Position numbers and translations under genes: made by a program
Notes under the pieces: generated by a model
Seen by the model: only the letters and a program-made list of their open reading frames with translations
The model's database searches: none
Told to the model about the DNA's origin: nothing
Assembly: GCA_041661185.1 (NCBI GenBank)
Contig: JBAZUV010000001.1
Location: 35,616 to 99,615, forward strand
From: Elusimicrobiota bacterium
GTDB taxonomy: Bacteria > Elusimicrobiota > Elusimicrobia > UBA1565
Length of the DNA: 64,000 bases
Direction of reading: 5' to 3'
In this document: in pieces, positions 51,728-62,029 of the stretch
How the letters are laid out: every line of letters starts with the position of its first letter
Position numbering within the stretch: the stretch's first letter is position 1

Positions 51728-53931
51728 AGACTGCTTCCCTCTTCGCCCTCCTGTTCGCGCTCTGCTCGCCCGCGTATTGCGCCTCGGCCAAGGCGTCCTA
51801 CGAGCATTATCTCAAGGCGCTGCTGCTCTCCAATCAGGGCGGCTACGACGCCGCGCTTCAGGAATACGAGAAGGCCGTGGAGCTCGACCCTCAGTCGGCT
51901 TTCGTGCTCCAGCAGGCCGCGGAACTCGCCATGGAGATGGGGCGCTTGGACAAGGCCCAGGCATTCGCGGTGCGCTTGTCCTCGATCGCGCCGGAAAGCA
52001 CCGAGGCCGCGCTCCTGCAGGGACATGTGTCCTGGGCCGTGGGGGACCTGCCCGCGGCTCAGTCCTCCTTCGAGCGCGTCCTGGCGCGGTCCGGCGCGCC
52101 GGCGGAGGCCTCCCGCCGCGCCCTCTTCGCCTTGGGCAGTCTTCTGAGCGCGCAGTCGCCTGAGAAGGCCAAGAAATATTTCGAGCGCACCCTGGCTTCC
52201 AATCCCGAGAACGCCTCGGAGGTGGAGTACCAGCTCGCGCTCATCGAGCACCGCGCGCGGCATTTCGACGACGCGGCCAAGCATCTTCAGCGCTCCGTGG
52301 AGCTCGATCCCGACGATATGCAGGCCCGCTACACTCTGGCGCAGACCCAGGAGCTTCGCCGCGACACGGCCGCGGCCCTCGGGGTCTATGCGGATATCCT
52401 CCAGCGCGATCCCCGCAACGTGGGCTTGCTCGACCGGGTGGGCGAGCTCTATTTCATGCAGGACGACTTCGCCCGCGCCAAGGAGCACTTCCTGCGCGCC
52501 AAGATCATCGCGCCGGATCATCCTGCCACCTGCCTGTGGCTCTCGCTTTTGGCCGAGCAGGAGCAGGACTTCGCCTCGGCGGCCAAGAACCTTAAGGAAA
52601 GCGCGGGGCTCAAGGATGACGCGTCCCTGCATCTGCGCCTGGGCTACTACCTCACGCAGGCCGGCCGCTTGGCCGAGGCCGTGGAGGCGCTGGAGTCCGC
52701 GCACAAGCATTGGCCCGAGAACGAAGAGGTCTCCTACTTCCTGTCCCTGGGCTACGACGATCTGAAGAAGACGGACAAGGCCGTGGCCCTTCTGCGGGAG
52801 CTCCTTCGCGCGGTCCCCGACAACCGCGACGCGCGCTTCCAGCTGGGCGCCATCTTCGAGCGCGACGGAAAGATGCCCCAGGCCGAAGAGCAGTTCCGCG
52901 AGATCCTCAAGAAGAACCCCGCGGACGCTCCGGCCCTGAACTATCTCGGCTACTCCCTGGCCGACCGGGGGCTCAAGCTCGAAGAATCCGAGGGAATGCT
53001 CCGCAAGGCCGTGGAGCTCGACCCCAAGAGCGGCGCCTATCGCGATTCCTTGGGCTGGGTGCGCTTCAAGCGCGGCGCCATGCGCGAGGGTTTGTCCGAT
53101 CTTCAGGAAGCCGCGCGGCTTCTGCCGGATGACGACACGGTGCTCGACCATCTGGGCGAGGCCTACTCCGTGCTCGGCGACACGGCCGCCGCGTGGAGCG
53201 CCTGGCGCGCCGCCCAGAGCGCGGTCGCGGATATGCCCAAGCGCGCGGAGGACGGCCGCAGGCCCTTGCCGGGCTACGGTAAAAAAGCCGAAGCCGCGGC
53301 AAAAAAGCTCTTGCCGGAACAGCTGGGCGCTTTGGAATTGCAGTCCTTCGCCCGGCAGAGGGGGGGATTCTCCCGCTTTGCAGCGCCCTGCATCCTGGAA
53401 GGCACGTTGCTCGGCAAGTCCGTCCGCCTGCAGGCCTTGCTGCGCTACCGCGAGCCCTACGAGATGAGCCTGGAGGTCCTGGGTCCCTTGTTCAGCACGC
53501 TCTTCAAAGCCGCTTTCACCGGGCCCGAGGCATTCGAGTCCGATCCGCTCAGCCTTCCCGGCGTGCCCGAGCCCGCGGTCCGCGACGCGCTCTTGGGCGT
53601 GCTCTCAGCGGCCCGCGGCTATCTTTCCGGACGAATCTTCGAGCGCCGCCCGGTCCTGCACCGCAGTTCCTGGCGCGGCCAGTGGGTCGAGACGCCTGAG
53701 ATCGATTTCTACGGCGATGAAAACGGCCGCTTGCGCGAGGCCCGATTCTCCACCGGGCTCAAGCTCAGCTTCGAGGATTACCGCCGCCGCGAGGACCGCG
53801 TGCTGCCCATGCTCTGGATATTCGAGGGGAAGGGATTCTCCCTTCGCCTTCGCCTGGCCGAGCCTCAGGCCATGCCTGCCGGCGCGCAGGTCCAGCAGGT
53901 CGTTCCCGCCGGAGCTCAGGTCGCCCAATGA
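51724..53931 (+). CDS. secreted tetratricopeptide-repeat protein with a non-TPR C-terminal domain
   Basis: A GTG start overlaps the rimI stop. It has a signal peptide MKTASLFALLFALCSPAYCASA, then more than 10 TPR-like units (..YE.A.ELDP.., ..A.....L....P.N..A...LG..Y..). The last 220 aa or so are not TPR-like. Confidence 0.85.
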   Translation: MKTASLFALLFALCSPAYCASAKASYEHYLKALLLSNQGGYDAALQEYEKAVELDPQSAFVLQQAAELAMEMGRLDKAQAFAVRLSSIAPESTEAALLQGHVSWAVGDLPAAQSSFERVLARSGAPAEASRRALFALGSLLSAQSPEKAKKYFERTLASNPENASEVEYQLALIEHRARHFDDAAKHLQRSVELDPDDMQARYTLAQTQELRRDTAAALGVYADILQRDPRNVGLLDRVGELYFMQDDFARAKEHFLRAKIIAPDHPATCLWLSLLAEQEQDFASAAKNLKESAGLKDDASLHLRLGYYLTQAGRLAEAVEALESAHKHWPENEEVSYFLSLGYDDLKKTDKAVALLRELLRAVPDNRDARFQLGAIFERDGKMPQAEEQFREILKKNPADAPALNYLGYSLADRGLKLEESEGMLRKAVELDPKSGAYRDSLGWVRFKRGAMREGLSDLQEAARLLPDDDTVLDHLGEAYSVLGDTAAAWSAWRAAQSAVADMPKRAEDGRRPLPGYGKKAEAAAKKLLPEQLGALELQSFARQRGGFSRFAAPCILEGTLLGKSVRLQALLRYREPYEMSLEVLGPLFSTLFKAAFTGPEAFESDPLSLPGVPEPAVRDALLGVLSAARGYLSGRIFERRPVLHRSSWRGQWVETPEIDFYGDENGRLREARFSTGLKLSFEDYRRREDRVLPMLWIFEGKGFSLRLRLAEPQAMPAGAQVQQVVPAGAQVAQ

Positions 53932-54815
53932 ACATCCGCATCCAGTGTCCGGCGAAGGTGAACCTCTTTCTGGAAGTCACGGGACGCAGGCCCGACGGCT
54001 ACCACACCCTGGCCACTCTCTTCGCCAAGATCAATCTCTTCGACGTGCTCGAATTCGAGTCCGCGCCGGACTACAGCCTGGAACTCGTCAATGAGACCGG
54101 CCAGGAGCTCTCCGGCGGCGGGGACAATCTCGTGCTTCGCGCGGCCCATGCTTTTCGCTCGGCCTTCAATATCGACGGCGGGGCCAAGATCCGCCTCATC
54201 AAGCGCATTCCCATGGGCGCGGGCCTGGGCGGAGGCTCCTCGGACGCGGCCGGCACCTTGATCGGCCTGGCGCGGCTCTACGGCATGGAGAAGCAGAAGG
54301 GCCTGCGGCCTGCCATGCGGGCCATGGCCGTCAAGCTGGGCGCGGATGTCCCGGTCTTCCTGCACCCCTCGGCCTTCTCGGACGGCCGCGGCGTGGGCGA
54401 GAAGCTCAGCCCTGTCCCGGTCAAGGGAAAGACCCCGGATATGCTCCTGATCTTCCCCAATATAGGGGTCCCGACCAAGGATGTTTTCAGCGGTTTTCAG
54501 CGTCCGGACCGCCCGTCGGTATTGACAGCGCTTTCCAATCTTGATAAACTCAAAAAAAAGCTAGGAAAAGGCGCGCCAATTTCAGAATGGGCGCCTTTGC
54601 TGTTCAATCGATTGGAAGCCGGGGTGCTTAAAGGCTGGCCGGAAGTTCAGCAAGCGCGCAGCATCCTGCAGAAGCTGGGCATGCAGGGAGTCATGATGTC
54701 CGGTTCAGGTTCGTCGGTGTTCGGATTCGTCCGTTCGAGAGAAGAAGGGGAAGAGGCGCTCAAGCGGCTTAGGCCCTATCCCTGGAAGGCTTACCTCACC
54801 TGCTTCATCGGGTGA
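53928..54815 (+). CDS. ispE: 4-diphosphocytidyl-2-C-methyl-D-erythritol kinase
   Basis: CPAKVNLFLEV.GRR.DGYH.L and the GHMP kinase motif IPMGAGLGGGSSDAA. ATGA overlap with the upstream gene. Confidence 0.93.
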   Translation: MNIRIQCPAKVNLFLEVTGRRPDGYHTLATLFAKINLFDVLEFESAPDYSLELVNETGQELSGGGDNLVLRAAHAFRSAFNIDGGAKIRLIKRIPMGAGLGGGSSDAAGTLIGLARLYGMEKQKGLRPAMRAMAVKLGADVPVFLHPSAFSDGRGVGEKLSPVPVKGKTPDMLLIFPNIGVPTKDVFSGFQRPDRPSVLTALSNLDKLKKKLGKGAPISEWAPLLFNRLEAGVLKGWPEVQQARSILQKLGMQGVMMSGSGSSVFGFVRSREEGEEALKRLRPYPWKAYLTCFIG

Positions 54816-54818
54816 GCG

Positions 54819-55121
54819 ATGCCGAAGCGAATGGAGATCACCGAGATACGCGTCCATCTGCGAAGCGAGGACAAGCTGAAGGCCTTCGTCACCGTGACCT
54901 TCGACCATTGCTTCGTGGTGCGCAACATGAAGGTCGTTGAAGGAAACAAGGGGCTGATCCTGTGCATGCCGTCGAGAAAGCTGTCGAACGGGGAATACAA
55001 GGATGTCGCGCATCCGATCTGCGCGGATTTCCGCAAGCTTCTGGAAGACCGAGTCTTCTCGGCCTATCAGGAAGAATCCGCTCATCCTCGCGCGGCGCAG
55101 ACGGGCGGCGAGCCGGAATGA
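54819..55121 (+). CDS. spoVG: septation protein SpoVG
   Basis: MEITEIRVHL.....LKAFV.VTFD.CFVVR.MKVVEG..GL...MPSRK...GEYKD.AHPI is canonical SpoVG. Confidence 0.93.
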   Translation: MPKRMEITEIRVHLRSEDKLKAFVTVTFDHCFVVRNMKVVEGNKGLILCMPSRKLSNGEYKDVAHPICADFRKLLEDRVFSAYQEESAHPRAAQTGGEPE

Positions 55122-55125
55122 ACAC

Positions 55126-55196
55126 TCCCGGGTGGTGTAACGGTAACACGCCAGCCTTTGGAGCTGGTTTTCCAGGTTCGAATCCTGGCCCGGGAA
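55126..55196 (+). tRNA. tRNA-Gln (anticodon UUG)
   Basis: Hand-folded cloverleaf. Acceptor TCCCGGG/CCCGGGA, D arm GTGT-AACGGTA-ACAC, anticodon stem CCAGC/GCTGG with loop CTTTGGA (TTG), 4-nt variable loop, T arm CCAGG-TTCGAAT-CCTGG and discriminator A. CCA is not encoded. Confidence 0.9.
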
Positions 55197-55227
55197 CTCT
55201 TTTCCGAGCTGCAGTCGGGGGACGATC

Positions 55228-56615
55228 ATGACGAATATGAAAGGCGCTCCATCGATGGGCATCCTGATCCTGGCCGCGGGCCAAGGCACGCGCATGGTCT
55301 CCGACGTGCCCAAGGTCCTGCATCCCATCAGCGGCCGGCCCATGCTGGCCTATCTCCTGCGTCTGGCCAACGCGCTCAAACCCGCGGGCGTCGGCGTGGT
55401 GGTCGGCCACCAGGAAGAGCGCGTGCGCAAGGAAGTCCAGGAATCGGCCAAGCTCTGGAATCTCACGCGGCCCATCACTTTCATCCGACAGAAGCGCCAG
55501 ACCGGTTCGGGCGCGGCGGTCATCGAGTCCCTGCCCTTCCTTAAGAAATTCCAGACGGCCGTGGTCATGTGCGGGGACGCGCCGCTCCTCACTTTCGAGA
55601 CGCTCTACGCTCTCACCGGCCTGCATACGCGCGAGAAGTCGCAGGTCACCCTGCTCACCGCCCGGGTCCCGCACCCCAAGGGCTACGGCCGCATCGTGCG
55701 CACGCCCTCCGGCGAGGTCCTGCGCATCGTGGAAGAGGCGCACACCAGCGGCAAGGAAGCCCTCATCAACGAGGTCAACTCCGGCACCTACTGCTTCGAG
55801 ACCGAACTCCTGGTCTCGGCGCTCAAGGAGCTCAAGCCCCAGGGCCCCAAGAAGGAGCGCTACCTCACCGACGCCTTGGAGTCCATCCGCCGAAAGGGCG
55901 GCCGCCTGCTGGCCCATGTCACGCCTAATTCCGACGAGATCATCGGCATCAACACCCGGCTCCAGCTTGCCCAGGCCGAGCGCGTGGTCAACCGCCGCAA
56001 CGTGGACCGGCTCATGCTCTCGGGCGTCACGATCGTGGACCCGGCGCATACCTACGTGGACTGCGACGTGGAAGTCGGCCAGGACAGCGTGCTCATGCCC
56101 GGCGTGATCCTGCGCGGCAAGACCCAGATCGGCAGGCAGTGCCATCTGGGTCCCTACACCTTCATCGAGGACTCCAGCATCGGCAACGAGAGCGTCGTGT
56201 CTTTCTCCCAGGTGCGCGGCGCGCGCATCCTTGAGAAGTGCAATATCGGGCCTTTCGCCAATATCCGGCCCGAGAGCGTGCTCGGTCCCCGCGCCAAGGT
56301 CGGCAATTTCAGCGAGGTGAAGGCCTCCAAGATCGGCTTCGGCTCCAAGGTCCCGCACTTGAGCTACATCGGGGACTCCGAGCTTGCCGAGGACGTCAAC
56401 ATCGGCGCAGGCACCATCACCTGCAACTACGACGGCGTGCAGAAGCACAAGACCATCATCGGCGCGCGCGCCTTCATCGGCTCGAACGTCAATCTGGTGG
56501 CTCCCGTGAAGGTCGGCCGCGACGCGAAGATAGGCGCGGGCTCGACCATCACCGAGGACGTGCCCGAGGGGGTCCTGGCGATCGCCCGGGCGCAGCAGGT
56601 CAACAAGGTCCGAAA

Positions 56616-56619
<4 letters not shown>
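55228..56619 (+). CDS. glmU: bifunctional UDP-N-acetylglucosamine diphosphorylase / glucosamine-1-phosphate N-acetyltransferase
   Basis: ILAAGQGTRM..D.PKVLH N-terminus, then the left-handed beta-helix hexapeptide region and ..NYDG..KH.T.IG...FIGSN..LVAPV. Confidence 0.95.
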
Positions 56620-57656
<1,037 letters not shown>

Positions 57657-57687
57657 TAACGCCCGCAAGGGCGGCACTGAGGTCAAA

Positions 57688-58455
57688 ATGGCAGAGTTCG
57701 AACTGAAGGTCAACATCCGGTCCGGAAAGAGCACCAAGAAAAGTCTCACGGACCTGCGCAAGGATTACTTGGTCCCCGGCATCGTCTACGGCGGCAAGGG
57801 CACCAACATCCAAGTCACCGTTTCCGAGAAGGAGCTTCTCGGCGCGCTCAAGCAGGGGGGCAAGAACGTCCTGCTCCATCTCAAGCACGACCAGGGCGAG
57901 GACACCGTGATCATCAAGGCCTTGCAGAGGCACGTGATCAGCAGCCGGCCCATCCATGCCGACTTCCAGCGCGTCTCCATGACCGAGAAGATCGAGGTCA
58001 GGGTGAAGCTCGTCATCATCGGCGAGGCCCCGGGCGTGAAGCTCCAGGGCGGCATCCTGGAGCACGTGCTGCGCGAGTTCCGCGTGCGCGCGCTGCCCAA
58101 TGCCATCCCCCAGAGCATCGAGGTGGACATCAAGGCGCTCAACCTGGGAGACATCATCCACGTCGGCGAGGTCGCGATTCCCGCGGGGATCGAGGTGCTC
58201 GACGACGCCCAGCAGATGGTCGTCCACGTCGTGGCCCCGACCGAGCTCGAAGAGAAGCCCGCAGCTGAAGGCGAGGCCGGAGCCGCAGAGCCCGAACTGC
58301 TTGCCGTCAAGGGCAAGAAGGAAGAGGGCGAGGACGGCGAAGCCAAGCCTGCCGGCAAGGGCGATGCAAAGCCCGCGGCCGGAAAGGGCGACGCCAAGCC
58401 TGCGGCCGGAAAGGCGGACGCCAAGCCTGCCGGCGGAAAAGAAGGCAAGAAGTAG
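57688..58455 (+). CDS. rplY: 50S ribosomal protein L25 / general stress protein Ctc, with Lys/Ala/Pro-rich repetitive C-terminal tail
   Basis: ..R...GK...R.LR....VPGIVYG........V.V...E........G....L.L......D.VIIKALQRH......IHADFQRV and the second Ctc domain are present. The tail has GDAKPAAGK-type repeats. Confidence 0.93.
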   Translation: MAEFELKVNIRSGKSTKKSLTDLRKDYLVPGIVYGGKGTNIQVTVSEKELLGALKQGGKNVLLHLKHDQGEDTVIIKALQRHVISSRPIHADFQRVSMTEKIEVRVKLVIIGEAPGVKLQGGILEHVLREFRVRALPNAIPQSIEVDIKALNLGDIIHVGEVAIPAGIEVLDDAQQMVVHVVAPTELEEKPAAEGEAGAAEPELLAVKGKKEEGEDGEAKPAGKGDAKPAAGKGDAKPAAGKADAKPAGGKEGKK

Positions 58456-58458
58456 ACG

Positions 58459-59052
58459 GTGGAGCGGCCGCGTCTTATCGTCGGTCTCGGGAATCCGGGC
58501 CCGGAATACGCGGCCACGCGCCACAACGTCGGTTATCTCGTCGTGGAAGGCCTCGCCCGGGAGTCGGGCGCCGATTGGCGCCCGGCTCCCCAGGGGCGGG
58601 GCCTTCTCGCCGAGGCCTCCCTGGCGGGCGGCTCCATCCGCTTGGCCAAGCCTCTGACCTACATGAACGCTTCCGGCGAGTTCGTGGGCGCCGTGGCGCA
58701 TTTCTGGAAGATCCCGGCTTCGCAGGTGCTCGTAGTCTCCGACGACATCGACCTTCCATTAGGCCGCCTGCGCCTGCGCCTGCAGGGCTCTTCCGGCGGC
58801 CAGCGCGGCTTGGATTCCGTGCTCACCCATCTGGGCACCAAGCAGGTCCCGCGCATCCGCCTGGGCGTGGGCCCCAAGCCTTCTCAGATCGAGGCCGCGG
58901 ACTTCGTGCTGGGGAGATTCCGCTCCGAGGAGCGTCCGCTGGTGCAGGAGATGATCGCGCGCGCGCAGGAAGCGGCTGCGGCGGCTTGCGAACGCGGCAT
59001 GGAGGCGGCCATGAATACGTATAACGCGGCGGGTCCCGAGGCTGAGTCATGA
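58459..59052 (+). CDS. pth: peptidyl-tRNA hydrolase
   Basis: GTG start. LIVGLGNPGPEY..TRHNVG, KP.TYMN.SG, DD.DLPLG.LRL...GS.GG..GL.S and R.R.G.G are canonical Pth motifs. Confidence 0.95.
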   Translation: MERPRLIVGLGNPGPEYAATRHNVGYLVVEGLARESGADWRPAPQGRGLLAEASLAGGSIRLAKPLTYMNASGEFVGAVAHFWKIPASQVLVVSDDIDLPLGRLRLRLQGSSGGQRGLDSVLTHLGTKQVPRIRLGVGPKPSQIEAADFVLGRFRSEERPLVQEMIARAQEAAAAACERGMEAAMNTYNAAGPEAES

Positions 59053-59101
59053 TTAGAACCGCCTTGAAATCTACGATTTCGTTACGGAACGAGGTTTCTG
59101 G

Positions 59102-59329
59102 ATGAGTTCTCCCCGGCTCAAGGTCATCATAGGTCTCTTTTTCTTCTTTATCGGGCTGGGTTATCTTTATTTTCCGCGCATCGTGGAAAGGACCGTGATC
59201 TTCTTCCGCGAAGTGGTGTTCAACGACGCGCACATGGCGCTGGAACGCCGCAAGTGGGGGATATTCTTTCTGCTCTTGTCGATCCTCTTCCTTTATATGG
59301 GCTATTGCGCGCTTTATCCCGTGAAATGA
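59102..59329 (+). CDS. small membrane protein (two TM helices)
   Basis: 75 aa, ..VIIGLFFFFIGLGYLYF...WGIFFLLLSILFLYMGYCAL. A GAGG SD lies upstream. Its stop overlaps the pmbA-like start (ATGA). Confidence 0.5.
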   Translation: MSSPRLKVIIGLFFFFIGLGYLYFPRIVERTVIFFREVVFNDAHMALERRKWGIFFLLLSILFLYMGYCALYPVK

Positions 59330-60666
59330 CGCTTAAGGAACAGGCCTCCCGCGCCGTTGAAGAACTCCGGCGCAAGGCTCCGGGTTTGGAGGGAGAGGTC
59401 TATCTCTATCGCGGAAGCACGCGCAGCCTGGAACTGCGCCAGGGCCTGCCCCATATCCAGCGCTGCTGCGAGGAATCCGGCGTGGGCCTGCGGCTTTTTC
59501 AAGACGGCAGGATGGGATTCGCCTCAGCAGGCGGAAGCGCCCAGGACGTGCTGCCGGGCCTCATCGAGAGCGTGCGCAGCCAATTGCCCCATCTTCCCAG
59601 AGACGAGCACCGCGTCCTTCCCGCCCTCCAGGCCGGCTCGGCCGGCTCCATCGAAGGCTTGGAAGACCCCGTGCTCATGAGCGCCCCTCTTTCCGAGTGG
59701 GAGGAGCGCTTGCGCGCCATGGAAGCCGCGGCTCTGTCCGAGGACAAGTGCGTGAAGAAGGTCCTGGATGCAGGCTACGGCGAGGGCCGCGCCGAATGCG
59801 CCATGGCCGGCACGACCGGGCTTCTTTGCATCGAGAGGGCCACGCACTGCAACGCAGGCATCGCGATCCTGGCCGAGCAGGAAGGCGAGGTACAGGTGGG
59901 TTCCGGCTCCTGCATGGCGCGATCCGCCGCGGGCATCGATCTGACTCTGGCGGCCAAGCAGGCCGTGCAGAGGGGCGCGGCTCTCCTGGGCGGCGTGCGC
60001 GAGAGCCCGCGGCGCAGGACCGTGCTCTTCGATCCATGGGCCGCGGGCGAGCTCTTGGACCTCCTGGCCGGAGCGCTCTCCGCCGAGGCCGTGCAGAAAG
60101 GCCACTCCTTATTCGCGGGCAAGCGCGGAAAGCGCATCGCCTCCGAATGCGTGAGCTTGATCGACGACCCGCGCAGGCCTTTTGGGATCTCGAGCTCGCT
60201 CTATGACGACGAGGGCGTGCCCACGCGGCGAAAGGACATGGTCCTATGCGGCGTGCTCCAGGACTTTTTCTACGACGACTACACCGCCCGCCGCGAGGGC
60301 CGCGCCTCGAACGCCAGCGCCTCGCGGCCGGGCTACAAGGGCTTGCCCGGGCCGGGCGCCACGAATTTCTACCTGGAGCCCGGCAAGTTCAAGCGCGAAG
60401 AATTGTTCAAGGACGCGCAGGACGGCGTCCTGGTGCTGGACCTTCTGGGCATGCATACCGCCGACGCCGTTTCCGGCGAGTTCTCGGTGGGTATTTCCGC
60501 CCTGCTTTTGCAGGGCGGAGAGCTTGGCCGGCCGCTCAAGGCGGCCATGCTCTCAGGGAATCTTTTCGAATTGCTCGACCGCGTTGACGCCGTGGCCGAC
60601 GACCTCACCTTTCATGGGAGCCTGGCCGCTCCCACCTTCCGAGTTCGCGACCTGATGGTCGCATAA
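59326..60666 (+). CDS. TldD/PmbA-family metalloprotease
   Basis: Track ORF trimmed to MTLKEQASRAVEEL at 59326. ..SLYDDEGVPT........G.L..F.YD.YTA........S.......PG.......TN...EPG......L.......G..V..L.G.H.....SGEFS....G......GE....... matches the PmbA/TldD C-terminal domain. Confidence 0.88.
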   Translation: MTLKEQASRAVEELRRKAPGLEGEVYLYRGSTRSLELRQGLPHIQRCCEESGVGLRLFQDGRMGFASAGGSAQDVLPGLIESVRSQLPHLPRDEHRVLPALQAGSAGSIEGLEDPVLMSAPLSEWEERLRAMEAAALSEDKCVKKVLDAGYGEGRAECAMAGTTGLLCIERATHCNAGIAILAEQEGEVQVGSGSCMARSAAGIDLTLAAKQAVQRGAALLGGVRESPRRRTVLFDPWAAGELLDLLAGALSAEAVQKGHSLFAGKRGKRIASECVSLIDDPRRPFGISSSLYDDEGVPTRRKDMVLCGVLQDFFYDDYTARREGRASNASASRPGYKGLPGPGATNFYLEPGKFKREELFKDAQDGVLVLDLLGMHTADAVSGEFSVGISALLLQGGELGRPLKAAMLSGNLFELLDRVDAVADDLTFHGSLAAPTFRVRDLMVA

Positions 60667-60667
60667 A

Positions 60668-60690
60668 GGAAGCGGCTGCTCGCCGCTTCC
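60668..60690 (+). terminator. hairpin terminator after the pmbA-like gene
   Basis: Stem GGAAGCGGC / GCCGCTTCC with loop TGCTC, followed by a moderately T-rich tract. Confidence 0.5.
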
Positions 60691-60739
60691 TGTCTCCTTA
60701 TTCCGTCCCTATTCGTTGGTCTGTGAGGTGTTTCTATTC

Positions 60740-60804
60740 GTCACCCCGGCGAAAGCCGGGGCCCAGCCGACTGTCGTCATTCCGGCGAAAGCCGGAATCC
60801 AGCC
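60740..60804 (+). repeat. two direct copies of the dispersed hairpin repeat
   Basis: GTCACCCCGGCGAAAGCCGGGGCCCAGCC (60740-60768) and GTCATTCCGGCGAAAGCCGGAATCCAGCC (60776-60804). They lie between convergent genes. Confidence 0.85.
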
Positions 60805-60815
60805 GTGCCGTTGTA

Positions 60816-61244
60816 TTAGGCTTCGTTGTCGACGGTGACGTCTACGTTCTGGTCGTCGCAGTAGACCGGGCCGGAGTGCCGGCCCGTGAGGTCCCCGTGC
60901 AGGATCAGCCCGGCCTGTCCGTGCGTGGTCAGGTGGACCTTGACGCTCATCACTCCCTTCCAAACAGGTCCCGGCAGCACCAGGTCCTCTTCATTCATTT
61001 GATAAGGCGTGGGCAGGCGCGGGTTGATGATCCTTTTGACTGCCACGGGGATGCCCGCCACATTGGAGGCGATGATGAACAGCACGGTGTTGGGCCGCTC
61101 GATCTTGCCTCGCAAGCCGGGACTGCTCTTGATGATCCCGGTCAGGGTGAAATGGCGGTCCTGCGCCTCTGGAGGCTTGCAGCCGGCCGCCAGAGACGCA
61201 AGGACCAGCGCCGCGCAAAAAAAGCGCAGGCTCGGTATTCTCAA
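60816..61244 (-). CDS. lipoprotein, function unknown
   Basis: Track ORF trimmed to the TTG at 61244 that overlaps the upstream stop (TTGA). This gives (M)RIPSLRFFCAALVLASLAAGC, a signal peptide with lipobox LAAG-C. Confidence 0.65.
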   Translation of the reverse strand: MRIPSLRFFCAALVLASLAAGCKPPEAQDRHFTLTGIIKSSPGLRGKIERPNTVLFIIASNVAGIPVAVKRIINPRLPTPYQMNEEDLVLPGPVWKGVMSVKVHLTTHGQAGLILHGDLTGRHSGPVYCDDQNVDVTVDNEA

Positions 61245-62029
61245 GTTTGTTCCGCGGCGGGCGCTGCGGGCCGCAGATGCCGTATCGCCTGCCACAGATA
61301 GAGCGTGACCAGCATCGTGCTCAGCAGGAAGGCGAAGGGGATATTCCTGGGCAGGAACAAGGACACTATCTGCAAAACCACCACCGGCGTCTGCGCGTAG
61401 ACCGCGACGCGGTAGAGGTCCGCATGCTCAAGCCCGGCGGAGAGCGCGGCATTGAGAGCCAGGCCGATGAGCGAGTAGACCAGTGCGGAGAGATGCTTCC
61501 AGACGAAGAAGATAAGCCAGGTCGTGATGAATCCGATGGGGTAGAGCGCCTTCTTGATGAGCGCGGCCACCTTGAGGTAGAACTCCCCGTCGATGCGCAC
61601 AGGCTGCTTGTTGGCGGCCTTGGAGAGATCGTAGACCTCCATCTTGCCCTGGTTGGTGAAGTAGAGCGTGCTTTGAGCGATGTAGCCGATGACCTTTCCG
61701 TCGGCGAGCTCGGCGGGCGTCACGGGCGTGATGCGCGCGGTGTCCACGATGAAGGCCAGCTTGGTCTCGGGATGCTCGATGCGCAGCGGCCCTGGGATGG
61801 AGCACTCGATTTTCCCGTCCTGCAGGGTCATGGCCGGGACATTGGACGAGGCCCACTGCGCGGCCGCGTCGATCATGGGAGCCACGCGCGCATAGAGCGC
61901 CAGCACGACCGCCAAGGAGAAGAGCAGGCTCAGGTAGGCGATGTAGCCGGAGCAGGCCAGGATGGACTTCTTGGGCACCTCGCGATAGAACGGGAAGTCG
62001 ATGAGGCTGCGCACGGGATCCAGGATCAT
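61241..62029 (-). CDS. polytopic membrane protein (DUF1189-like)
   Basis: Track ORF trimmed to MILDPVRSLIDFPFYREVPKKS at 62029 (ATGA overlap with the upstream gene). An N-terminal 'FY..V' segment, a TM helix, a roughly 110-aa loop and several C-terminal TM helices match my recollection of DUF1189 proteins. Confidence 0.65.
   Translation of the reverse strand: MILDPVRSLIDFPFYREVPKKSILACSGYIAYLSLLFSLAVVLALYARVAPMIDAAAQWASSNVPAMTLQDGKIECSIPGPLRIEHPETKLAFIVDTARITPVTPAELADGKVIGYIAQSTLYFTNQGKMEVYDLSKAANKQPVRIDGEFYLKVAALIKKALYPIGFITTWLIFFVWKHLSALVYSLIGLALNAALSAGLEHADLYRVAVYAQTPVVVLQIVSLFLPRNIPFAFLLSTMLVTLYLWQAIRHLRPAAPAAEQT

Noticed and set aside
54889-56448. 519-aa minus-strand ORF across spoVG, the tRNA and glmU
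   Set aside because: It would run through a well-folded tRNA-Gln and lies antisense to canonical GlmU. It is a shadow ORF.
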